Position numbers and translations under genes: made by a program. A stretch of DNA of 58,004 nt, counting the filler, from Sphacelaria rigidula (Eukaryota), in NCBI GenBank assembly GCA_964200075.2. It is 9 parts of 9 records of this genome, joined end to end, with 100 filler letters (N's around TTAATTAATTAA, not from the genome) between each part and the next. Parts side by side here need not be neighbours in the genome. Positions count along the whole stretch, not along the records: positions 32,281 to 38,636 come from CAXNAA020020573.1; positions 38,737 to 45,092 come from CAXNAA020020574.1; positions 45,193 to 51,548 come from CAXNAA020020575.1; 6 more parts are not named here. One strand, 5' to 3'. How positions within the stretch are numbered: the stretch's first letter is position 1; every line of letters begins with the position of its first letter. Below, one piece after another: positions 36,396 through 48,100 of this stretch. The notes under the pieces were generated by a model. It saw nothing but the letters and a program-made list of their open reading frames with translations. It was not told the DNA's origin and did not search any database.

Positions 36396-36866
36396 GCTTC
36401 TTATGGACTGAAAAAAATCTCTCTGGGAGCTGCCCTTTTGAACCTTTCATCACGGATTATTGGCGGAATACGGACCTTGGCGGATTTGGCCTCCTCGGAA
36501 AGATTTGCTATATGTTTCACAAGGATTCTAGCATATTTCCCCGTCTGTTTGTACACCCAGTTTTACTTTTGACTGGATCAAGATTTTTTTCAGTCACCGC
36601 AAAAAACTTCGAGTTGTCGGGAAAAAATACAAAAAAGAATTCCGACAACTTGACGATTTTGGGGGCGACTGAAAAAAATCAGGATCCGGTCAAAAGTAAA
36701 ACCGGGCGTACAAACAATCGGGAAAGTGCGCTAGAATCCCCGTGAAACATTTAGCAAATGTTTCCGAGAAGGCCAAATCCACCAAGGCTCGTATTCCGCC
36801 AATAATCCGTGATAAAAGGTTCAAAAGGGCAGTTCTCAGAGAGATTTTTTTCTGTCTATAAGAAGC
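36396..36866. mobile_element. Fold-back element (~470 bp near-palindrome)
   Basis: Arm 36396-36620 (gcttcttat..aaaaaaatctctctg...atcacggattattggcggaatacg...gagttgtcgg) is the reverse complement of 36640-36866, around an ~20-nt A-rich loop. Confidence 0.88.
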
Positions 36867-37689
36867 GGCGTTATGGGTCAGTCTTGTCGGGGATGCGGCT
36901 ATGACCACGGGGTTGGAATCAGTGAAGACAAATACCTTCATGCCACGTACAAACATGGATCATCTCGAGTGCGGTGTTCGTGTGTCAGCACATGAGAGCA
37001 CTGTCGAGTCGGCACGTCTGTTGAAGACCGGTGAGCGATGCTGAGACAGTTGTTTTTTCTTGTCCTTTGACGTTGGGCATATGGGTGCCAAGCGAGTCAC
37101 TCTCTGTTCACTATACATGTGCTCTCCTGCTAACCGTATCAAAGCCGCTTCGAACGGAGCTCTAACGTCCAATATATATACACCCTCTGTTCCGTACGTC
37201 TGGTCGGTTATGTTCGTACGAGCCTCCACCCGTGTCCCATCTGATTTTCGATGTTTTTTCGAGTTCTCCGCTGTTTTTTTCATTTTGAAGCATATCTTTT
37301 TGCTCTCCAGCTCGCTGTTGAACTATGCGGCGGATCGGCCGCAAAAAAATCAGTCGGCCCAAAATGGCCGTGTTTCGCCCCTTATTCAGGGGCAAAACAT
37401 TGGCCCCAGCGAGCCCTTGGGCACTCTCACCTTGCCCGGTGGAATGGCGAGCGCAACCTTTATCGCAATCGCATAGCTGCGACCCAATTGTAGCTCACCA
37501 CCCGTTCGGCGAGGGGGGGTGGGGGGGTACTTGGGGGCAAATCCATCGTATTGTGATGTCTGTGGGCTAGGTCTGGGATGTTTGACACGAATTCTCTAAA
37601 TAATTCTCCCAGAAAAATACTCGAAAGAATTCTCAAAAGAAGGCCCAAGTACGGTATATTCTGACCTGGTTTTAGTATTGAAAACGATT

Positions 37690-37815
37690 TCTTTTTTCAT
37701 CAGCTTCGTATGCGTTTTACGTTCTTATAGAATCCAACTATGAGGTCAGCGTCAACACCGTTGCACCCAAACAAACAGCCGCCCATAACCGACCAGACTT
37801 ATGGGACAGAGGCAG
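37690..37815. mobile_element. Right end of a Stowaway-like MITE
   Basis: catcagcttcgt...gaatccaac...gcccataaccgaccagacttatgggacagaggcag|TA matches 15290-15409. Confidence 0.7.
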
Positions 37816-37848
37816 TATATATACATATACTAATTAGGTTTTTTGGGT

Positions 37849-37886
37849 AACCCCAACCCTAACCCTAACCTCAACTCTAGCCCTAG
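37849..37886. repeat. Short degenerate interstitial (CCCTAA)n telomere-like tract
   Basis: aaccccaaccctaaccctaacctcaactctagccctag. Confidence 0.5.
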
Positions 37887-38636
37887 TACATTTTGTTGTC
37901 AGTGCCAGCTTACCCCTGATGTCGAATTTTGGGTTGATCTCACAGCGTACATATATATATTTTGAGTGTTTCTAGGCCGTGTCTTTGCAATATATTTTTT
38001 GGGTGAAAAGCGTGCGGTGAAGAACGAGAATTACGATCTCGTGGGTCACGATTCTCCGTCGATGACGATAGTTGATATCGACCCATCAGATCGAAATTTT
38101 CCTGTTCGATCGCAAATTTTTGATCGAAAAATAGTGTGCTAGGACACGGCTTACGTTAATCAGAAGTGGAGCGTTGAGTGATCACAGAGCTTCCGGACCG
38201 CGTTGTGCTATCGTCCGAGTCACCGACACGTCGATTTCGGGGTGGTATCTGAGCACGCGGCATTCCGTTGTTGTCTCCGAGACGAATTTGAGGAAACTCC
38301 TGAGCACCCATGCCCCATTTTTGCACCGTGTAGTTCAGCGAGAAGCCGAATATGGGATGGTATACGAGCGTTCATGCGGCAGTATTTCACAGTCCAAATC
38401 AATGCACCCACCAATCGAATTTGGGGTGATGTCTGAGCATTCATGCCACAAGTGATTGAATGACACCTGGGACAAGGAGCAAACTGACAGAGAAGCACGA
38501 AAACGGGCGGAAAGTGCTGATGGAGTGGACTGACAAAAAATCCCGCTAGACAGTCGTTTACCTAGAACTCGAAGACCCCCCCAGCCTGGTCCGGCGAGAA
38601 CCCGGCGTGCTCCGTCCAGGCTTTGTAGGGGCGGAC

Positions 38637-38736
38637 NNNNNNNNNNNNNNNNNNNNNNNNNNNNNNNNNNNNNNNNNNNNTTAATTAATTAANNNNNNNN
38701 NNNNNNNNNNNNNNNNNNNNNNNNNNNNNNNNNNNN
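38637..38736. other. Artificial contig linker
   Basis: N44-TTAATTAATTAA-N44. Confidence 0.98.
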
Positions 38737-41700
38737 GATACTGCTTGATACACCTGTACATTGCCTGATGCGCACAACACCCGAATTATAGTACGGACAG
38801 TTTGTGCCTGAAAATAGGTTGGGTGAAACTTTCGGTCTTCATCCAAGCCTGCCGTTACATACATTCGTTGATTTTCAGCAACATGAAGCCACTGTTCCAT
38901 GCATGCGCAGGACACGTCATTCCTCACCAGCCTCGTTGGTCGTTCTGGAGGCCCAGTCTCAAAAGGGTTATTCATTTTTCGACCAGTCCCTTCACGTTTC
39001 ATAGTGCATTTCGTCGTTAAAACCTGCTTCTGGTATGCACTCCGTCACACATGGTTATGCTGGTCTTCCGGTGCCCGCATCAGCAGTACAGTACCGTGCG
39101 GAGGCAGGATGACATCCAAGATAACGGCGGTCTCACAAGCGGCGCTCTGTCGATTGGTATACGGGTTAGTTTACTCAACGTTTGCTTTGATTGTCGCCGT
39201 GCCCGCGGTATAGTTGCGGTGGCCAGGGTTGGTATTGCAGTCTCCATTTGCGCTCAGCTCGATGCCGAATCCTGCACGGCGTTCGATTCGGGACATGACT
39301 CAAGATAGCTCCATCGTCGTCGCTATGTGTTGTTTCATGCTGCTCGGACGGATCGCATCCCGAGAAAAGGATTGTATCCCCATAACGCTGCTGGCTACCT
39401 TTTGTAAGCTGTCGTGCTGTTGTTCTGGATGGCTCGCTTTGATCGGTGCCGTACTGTACAGATTGAAAAGCACGGTGCCAGCTGACTGGCCAGCGCTAGC
39501 GAATCTTCGTGCAATACAGATACAGTCGGTATCGCGACAGAAAGTTGATGAGGTAAAACGCTGGAGACAACCAAGCACTCCGAACACGGAACATCAGATA
39601 GCTAACGTGGTAGTGTTCTTTTGCGTATGCGATCCCGTGTGGTGTTCCGTGTGGTGGAACGCCGCTTCCTTTCCAAGGTGTACGGTACGCTTCGCTTGCT
39701 TCATGACTTGGTGCGTATAAAAAATATTGTCGCTGCCGACTGGAAATGTTTTTTTCAGCTTCCCTCGTGCTACTGTCCTGGGCTTCAACAAGCTGACGGG
39801 GGGGAATAAAACCCAAACCGAACATGGACAATGAATGACCAAACAGTTCAGTCTTGTTGACCACTCTGCGGCAGATAGGGTTCGAGTGGCGCGCGTGTAT
39901 CCAGCGAAAATCCCAGGATTTTCGATAAATCCTGATAAGAATCATGGTAAAACAACAAAAATCGCTGATTTCAGGTTTAATTTTTCAATAACACGTACCC
40001 ATGAACTCGGTGCCGACTCAAAATTGCCGGCTAGCGGTGGCCTTGTTATTTCATATCATATTCTTATTTCGGTGAGGGATTCGGGTGGTGAGTGGGGTGC
40101 GGTTGATTGAGGCTTGAGGACATGAGGATGGTGTGAGGAATTGAGTCGTCACTGGGAAATGTAGTACGTGCGAGTCCTGCACCAGGGAAATGTGAGTAAC
40201 GACATATCTCATGCCCGCTTTCTTGGGAGGCCGTCAACGCGTCAACGCCTGATCAAGGTAGGGCAATGTGATCCGATATGGCATGTTTCGCTCGAAATTC
40301 CTCCTCCGCCGGCGAACCCAGATGTCCCATGGCGCCCCCGGCGGCTGCCGAGACGGTTCCGGCCGGATTGACGCGACACGGCATTCATGGTTTCACTTTT
40401 CGACTGGGCTTTTCCAAGTGGTCAATCATTCACGACCATCAACGACTCGACCATGTGCGTGATCAATACCAGTTGGGCAGCATCACGAGGACCTCGTGGT
40501 TTGCGCGCTGGCCAGGGAAATCAGCCCGCTCCCCGGCTTTCGACGAGGGTCCACGAAGACGAGAGTGATTGCAACGTGATACATCTACACGCCATATAAA
40601 TTTTAGCACAGAAAGGGTTGGGCATGAAACCACCTCGTCTGCCATTCCATAAGACGCAAGTCGCCACATACCCGACTGTATAGGTTTTTGGCGGCGGAAC
40701 ACCTTGTGCACATCCGCCATGTATATGTACTCTGCTCATACTAGTAGCTGGAGAACCTATTCCTTGTTCGGGCACTAACCCATCGCACATCTGGAAAGCG
40801 CGTGCTTCGACCGCCTATGTGGCGTCTCTTGTCATATTCTACAACAGCACACAGTGGAAGGAAGAACGCAAGGAAATCATGTATACCTCCTCTCGACACA
40901 CGAAGATAAGTACCCGCTTTAATGTTCCGAGAACGGAATAATTTAGCAAGACCCATGCACAACGGGGCCACACCACGAATATTGCAACAAGACAGGAAGT
41001 GGGGTAATTATTTGTAGCAGAATTTTCTCGTCAACAGTCGAGGGACGAAATGAGCGCTGAGGTTACTGAGACGAAGAACGACCAGACCACACCCATATCC
41101 ACGCTGAATGCGTCTCTAACGTTCAGGACCGTGCACCATAATCCAACATTCATAAGGCTACACGACACCCTGGAGATGTACCTAGTGACTGTACTGTCTG
41201 TCTGTTCCACCACAACGCACGTGAGTTCGCATACGACACTCGTCATACCACCACATAGTTCGAGATCATATCGGTGCCATCTTCGGGACACGGGCAAGAT
41301 GGAAAACACACGTACGTGGCATGCGATGTAAGACAGTCTGTAAGCCTCTGGGATTTTTCACCGTCTCGAAAATGGAGTCGGCCGGCATACTCGTCTGATT
41401 TTAGTGCCGTTGAATTTTGTATGATTTTGCTTTTGCGAGAGACCCGCGATTTGACCGGCATCATGTCTGTACCGTAAGTGTATGACTAGTCAGTACGTGC
41501 ATTTTATTTTAGTACAGTTCGCAGAAATCAACGTATGGCTCGAACTGGGTGAGGGGTACATGAACTGTAGACGGCTAACTCAGCAGCATGTGTTCTGCGT
41601 TGACAAAAAACTGGGGATCAATTCAGTAAAGCACATAGCCAAGCTTGGATGCACGGCCTGAACTCTGCTACGATAGGAACCGGGTGAGTGCACGGCCGAC

Positions 41701-42284
41701 TGTGTCGTCATGGCTCGCGTGTCTGGGCCATTTGCCAAGTTTTGGTCAGGTGGACTGTACCGTGTCAACTGCCAACCCAATTTAGCAGGTGGCAGTACGG
41801 CACCGCGTACGTCAGTCTGCACCTATGAAGAACAAACCAACCAACGCACAATACCAAGCCAGCTACACCATGAGGTGCTCGGTGCGGCCTCGAGCACTAC
41901 CATAAGCGCTTGCATATCGTTGCCTACTGTAGTGCAATACTACTGTGCTGTTGTAGAGCAATGCGAAATACATCCGCATGGTTGGCCCGCAGTCGCTACA
42001 CAAAAGTCAAATAAGTACTGCATTGTAAGGTGCTGTTGTACTAGTGCAAAGTAGAGGTCTGATATACGTCTACACCTACGAAGTACCACCGTATATCCCA
42101 TCTCACATTTGTCCCACCCATAGCTACAGTACGTACAATACTTATTTTAATATAGAGCCAAAGCGTCAGCTGTGGCGGAATACACACGAGAAATAAAGAG
42201 CTTTCACTATACTCGAGTAAGAGACTGGGTGCTATCGCACTACCTTCAACCTCGGTATTTTTGGGGGAGAAACACGAAACTTAC

Positions 42285-42536
42285 CGTAACAGAAGGCACT
42301 CGCCGATGTTCAAGGTGATGGCTTCTGGCGCATGAGTACCCTGGCGCCCTCGCAGGCCCAGCTACGTCACTCTTCGCTACTGCGCTTGACCTCCCGCATA
42401 GCCCATCGCCCAACGACTGCGTGAACAACGCTCCGCCACTTTGGAAAGCGAGTAGGTCATGGTCATCTGCTGCAGTTGTCACGAATGCGCCTACAACAGC
42501 GCACGGGAGAAACAGAAGTGCTAGAATCAGCAGCAT
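42285..42536 (-). CDS. Probable first exon of a signal-peptide-bearing protein
   Basis: ATG at 42536 starts MLLILALLFLPCAVVGA-FVTTAADD, and a canonical donor ACG|GTAAGT follows after 84 codons. An in-phase acceptor gtttgttcttcatAG|GTG lies at 41822. Confidence 0.55.
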
Positions 42537-44324
42537 CGCACGAGGAGCGACCAGCGTAGAGTGCCCTATCAAGCGCCTCGAGCTGGGAAACTGAGCGCCT
42601 CGTTTGAACTGCAGAGTTTCTTTCTCGTTCCTGGCTTTCCCGGTTCGCCTTTGGACGGTGTATTCTCGCGGAGTGCCGTAGTCTTCAAGCAGCCGCCCTC
42701 CTCTCAGCTGTGAGGTTTCGAGCCCAAACTTATCAACAAGTTAGAGAGGCGGCGCGCTGACTCTAAGATAGTTTAGAGGGCGACGTGTGTGACCACGTCA
42801 ATACACCTGCGTTGAATTGTTGTTCACAATCGCACAAGAACGAGTCTCGGAACACCGCGGATGAAGACGGTATGCTTTCCTTACGAAGGCTTTGGCTGCC
42901 AGCTAAGCAGTCTCGATCACTGTCTGTCGCTCCTCTCGAATGGTGCTATGAGTGTGGGCGCCGGCGCCTATTCAATTTTGAAGCCGCGTGAATCTATATC
43001 GGAATATATTATGAACGAATCTGATTGGTGCAATATTCTGCCGAAGATGATTTATCCGATCTGTGTCTTGGTGTCATCGCATTATCAGAATAAAACCGCC
43101 CTTTTCTGTACGTTTGTCCGGCCCCACCAAGGGCGTTCTACGTAGTTGTGGAATCATCTTCAGAAGCGTAAGATACGCAGCAGCACGATACACCATCATG
43201 GTGGTTCATAGTTGCGGAATCCTCGGCGTAGGTGATGGAAGTGCATTCTTCGCCGAAAACAACAGCGCTCTCGGTTGATCATTTTCGAGGCAGTGACTGC
43301 ACGGGAATAGATATCGGGGATACAGCAGAAGAAGGACACGACTTGTGACGAGAAGATATCGACTGACGAGAATTTGAGCCGAGGAAAACGAGTTTTCACA
43401 CAATTTGATTTTCCGTACAAAAAGTCGTCCCCAGAGGTTTGCCCTCATATGAGAAGAGAATAAGGGACAAGGAAGGGCGAGTTTTATGGCCATCATGATG
43501 GATAATAAGGAACGCGGGCCATGTCGAACAAACTTTTAAAGTTCCCGTGAGATTGAGAGTATATATACATGGAGCATTGATTGAGTGGGTTTTATCATCA
43601 CCACGGTTAGGACAAATCATCACGACTCAGAATTACCAAATCCACGATTTCTTCGGCCTGATTGCGCAAAAGGGAGAAAAAAGTTGACCGCTTATCCAAG
43701 GGGTATCCACGCAACTTTTGCGCCATTCCACGTGTCTGGGCTGCGCGTACCTGGGTTGCAACGCTGAAAGGATTGATTCGTCACGAGTCGACTCATCATA
43801 CTAAAACCAAGTAATTTCTAGACAAATCGTTAGTTGTCCGACCCTTGATCACTACTATCGCTCTGGCTCAGGCTTGATGTTTTTTTTTTCTCTGCAGGGG
43901 TTTGCGTGATAAAGATTTCGGGACACGTACGAGTAGCCCCTTTTTTTATCTCAGCAAACAGAAAAGGCAACTGGATTGGTATAGTCCCGCATGAGCGTCT
44001 TGAATCAAGTGCAAAAACACGATTGAAATGAACCGAAAAAATGGTGGAGGTATATACTAATAAATGTTTAGATTTTGGTTTGATATTTTTTTTGCTTTTA
44101 GACAAGAAGACAATAAAAAAGGGGACATACATAATTTAATTAATATAGGATTGTTTGAGGATGGATGGTTGGATGGTTGGTTTTAGTTTTTGAACAAGGA
44201 GAAGACAATATATTATTCTTGATGTTTTTTTTGTTTCTGAACAACAAGAGGAAGACAATATAATAATGTTAACTTGAGTATTTGAGGGATTCTGGGAAGA
44301 GGGGGGGAGGGGGGGGGGGAGGGG

Positions 44325-44685
44325 GGCGACACCCGGCCTGCTGTCCCCTAGTTTATTACCGAGGCGTTGGTGGATACGGTCAGTTGCCGTGTACAGACAT
44401 CCTTGGCATGGAGACCTCTGAGATGGCGGACACGCCGCCCTCCTCAAGCTCACCACTAACCATGACAACATTTTCTCGGGATCGTGTTCCGTGTCGTGTG
44501 CCTCGAGCATATACCCAGCACCACCACTAGTCCGCGCAAGTTTGGCGAGACGTGATAATATATTATGTTGCTACTTTGGCTACAGGCTATCGCTACCGTG
44601 CGCTCGTGTACATACATACGTGTGTGTGAGCGTGGCCGGAATTTGAGGTCATCGGGACAGAGCGGGCAAGGAGCAGAAGAAGCGT
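44325..44685. repeat. Unclassified interspersed repeat (family C)
   Basis: Reverse-complement match to 21044-21366. Confidence 0.8.
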
Positions 44686-45010
44686 ATATGTGTGTTGTGT
44701 ATTGTGTTGTCGTCCCATCTATTATTCTGGACGCCGGTCTACACGTTCCGGCATATATATGTGGGCGCACCAGCCGGGGTCACACAGGAGGAAGGTCAAC
44801 ACAGAAGTCTTGAGTTATTTGTTTGTTTTTAGTACCCCACCTCCCTTCTGCAGTGCTTGCCTTTACTTTTTGTCGCGAGAGGGGTTCAGCAGTCCCTTTC
44901 CCTCTTGGACCGTTACGTCGAATTATGTGTACCCACGACATAGTCGCTCTCCACTGTTGGGCATGGTGTGAGAAACATCTCGGATCACCCCGAGATTTGA
45001 ACCCACGAGT
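44686..45010 (-). mobile_element. SINE family A copy with tRNA-like head remnant
   Basis: Minus strand has B box GGTTCAAATCT (cgtgggttcaaatctcggggtg, ~44985-45007), a body shared with three other copies and the tail acaacacaatacacaacacac. Confidence 0.8.
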
Positions 45011-45092
45011 CATCCTACGATAGGGGGGGGGGGTATTTGGTTGCCCAAAAAAAGGGCCTCTTATGTATGTCAGACACCCTCCCCCACTTGCG

Positions 45093-45192
45093 NNNNNNNN
45101 NNNNNNNNNNNNNNNNNNNNNNNNNNNNNNNNNNNNTTAATTAATTAANNNNNNNNNNNNNNNNNNNNNNNNNNNNNNNNNNNNNNNNNNNN
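45093..45192. other. Artificial contig linker
   Basis: N44-TTAATTAATTAA-N44. Confidence 0.98.
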
Positions 45193-48100
45193 GTGGGGAA
45201 AGCACTGTTTTAGGCTTGAGCCTCATCTCGAAGTTAAACCTCAATTCTCACAATTTGTTGTTTTTTGTCGTGTCTTTCCTGTAGCAGCACAGAGATGTTG
45301 TACCAATGATCACTGCTACTATGGATCCGCCGCATTCTCAAACTTGTGCGCAGATCTGACTTTCTCGGACAGAAAAATGCGTCCTCGGCCGGACTGAAAG
45401 TGATACTTGCGGTCACGTACGTGGTTACTGAACAGATTTTTCGAACAGATTTTACCTGCTGTGTCTTGATAGCACACGGACTGATCCAGGGGAAAAGAAG
45501 AGTCGCTGCTACGAGATGAAGACGTCCGTGATTTGCGCATAAATCCGCACCGGAAGCTCCAGAACAGTGCGTCATATGCATATTTAGACTTTCGAAGTCC
45601 ACGCGCCGAAATTAACAATGACCTGAAGCTTGCACTAATTTCGTGGTTTCCCATTTTCCCCCACGTGCATTTCGCGCTTGTATGCCTTTTTTTTTTCTCC
45701 TGCTTCCTGCTTCTTGAAGCGAGCGGCGTCGGGCGGGGAGCTTGGCGTGCAGGGTGTGGTCGCCGTGGTCGCTCTGGCCATAAGCACCATTTGGTGGCTC
45801 ATCGCCGACGCCGCGGAGGAGCCCATGACAAAGGTACTCTACTGTACCATGGGCGGTTCCAGCGTAGTGCGATGGGTCGTCAGCCCGGCTTGATCCCACT
45901 TTGCTAGGACCCCATACTTTTTTTTGTGTCACACTTTCAACCATCCCCCTTCGTCGGAACAAATCCGTCGTCTAATGGTCTCGAGGGATCAACACATCTT
46001 TATCTCTCCGCCGGAGCATGCCTCGCATGCTTGGTCTTGCGGTTTGGATCATGACTCTCAGTTCTCACGCACCGCGTCGACTCTGGTACAGCAAACTACG
46101 TCAAACCATTTTTTCGGTACTCCCGTCCTCAGGTTGTCAGCGACGGGAATCTCGAACCTTCATGAAAAATACCCAACATATACGTACTGGTACACTACGT
46201 TTTACTTGATATCGGAAAAGGAGATCGGGCATGTCACGAGTAATTTTTACCGCATTGTAATGGGACCCTAACTGTAGTGGCATCGTGCTCAACCCCATGG
46301 GTACCAGATGCCACAACTGGACCTCACGTGATCTGCTGGAAATAATGTGGCCAGAACCTGCTGCGGTTAAACCATGTACCATTGATGAGGTGTTGGGGGC
46401 CATGAAAAACTTGGAAGGTTGCCATTGGGAATACGAAGTGAAGACAAAATTCAAGAGTACTCTTGTTGGTGCTAGCGCGGATGTGCCTTAAACGAAGGGT
46501 GTTCCTGGTTGAGTTTTTAGTTTGAGGTGATCTCTGATGCCTACCGCGTGTGCGCACGCTGGGTCCTCGGAGGGGTGTAAAGAGTGGCATCGCGTAGTTG
46601 ATCTCTGAGGCCGTCAGCGTTTTCGCTAGTGGGTGAATCTGTTTTTCGTGCTTCTTGCCGTACTTTTGGACGTTGTTGGACGTTGTTGGAACAGGCTCAA
46701 ATGAAGAAGGCTGCCAAGGAAGCCGCCAGGAAAGCTGCCAAGGGTATATCGACCTCCGCGCCAAAGATGCTCGCCCTAGAAAAGGGAAGCGATGTCGTCA
46801 CTGAGTACTTGTGAGTCGTTCACCGGACCCTGGTTCCTGCTGTTCTTGAGCTCAGCTTCGTGTTTCCTGTGTTCCTGTGGGAACGTGGGTGTGTATCAAG
46901 ATATATGTGTATTCTGTCAGGATGTAGGTGAACGTGACGTTATTCTGTGTCCAGTGTGATCGTTTTTTTTTGTTCTTCTTCATATATCTTCCTCCCTGTA
47001 CAGTAGGCGTTTTTGTGTAGTTCCGCGATGCACCTCTTTTTAGTACCCTAAGAACCGCTTATTTGGACACGCGATCGTCATCGCCCGTGGAGTTGCCATT
47101 AGTAACACGGGTTACCCGATCCATATGCCTCTTCTTCCGCGTTGTTTCGCTAACCTATTCGAACTGCTTCGGCTACTTACACCGCGCATTGCTTCAGCTA
47201 CTTGACCCGCGAATTTCTCAATGCTTTTTTGTGGTGCTGAGCACAATTCGCTCCTGGTCGGCAGTGCGATCGACTAGCTGCCGCAAACATGACATGCGAG
47301 GCTTATCGCGTGCGTGGGTCTTGAAATTCGTTGGCGCATCTACCCGTTGGTGTTTGACAGGCACGTCGCGCTTGCTGCCTTGGTTATGGCGATTCTGGTG
47401 CTTGCATTGGTGAACGGGCCGGGCGTCTGGCCGAGGAACGTGAGTTATTACACGCAGAATACTCTTGACTTGCTGTAGATGCACTTGGTAAGACCGCTAG
47501 CTGTTGATTGTACCCCTTCGATGAAGCAACCACGGGTTTTTGACGGGTAGTCAAGAGCCTAGATATGTTAGAACATGAGTTTCGACTCGAACAGCTTGTG
47601 AGGAGTTCAGACATACATGCGCTGAAGAAGTAGAGCTCGTGAGTGTTGAATGGTTGATGAGTGATTGATGAAGTGTTGCACATCAACTATTCCGATACGA
47701 CGCGAACTGAGCCGTGGTCATTGGACACAATGTACAGGCACCCAAGATAAAAGAAAATCGACAAAGTAGACTGGTGAGGAGGAACGAGAGAATGAACGGA
47801 GTAAACGGCAAACGGATAAAAACAGGAAATGGAGGAGAGGAGAGAAGGGGAAAGAAAGGGAAGAGAAATGAAGAACAAGAGCAAAACACCGGGCTACGTT
47901 CTAGCATTGGTTTCGACAGAAGAGAGATACACGTGTGAAAGAACCCGGTCAAATCCCTGTAGTAAAACTGTAATTCCCTGCTACAAGATGCAAATACGGT
48001 GGGGTGTTGGTAATTTGCAGAATAGGATATGCAGGAATGTGGGCTGTCGACAGCGGTTTTGTTACGTCGATGGTAACGGCGAGGATGCTAGCGGTAACGC

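Noticed and set aside
38737..39400. Minus-strand frame resembling a decayed transposase piece
   Set aside because: No catalytic or zinc-finger motif recognisable, and truncated by the contig edge.
45720..46814. Three short protein-like + strand segments
   Set aside because: Each ends in a stop without a consistent splice path or domain; no gene model can be built.
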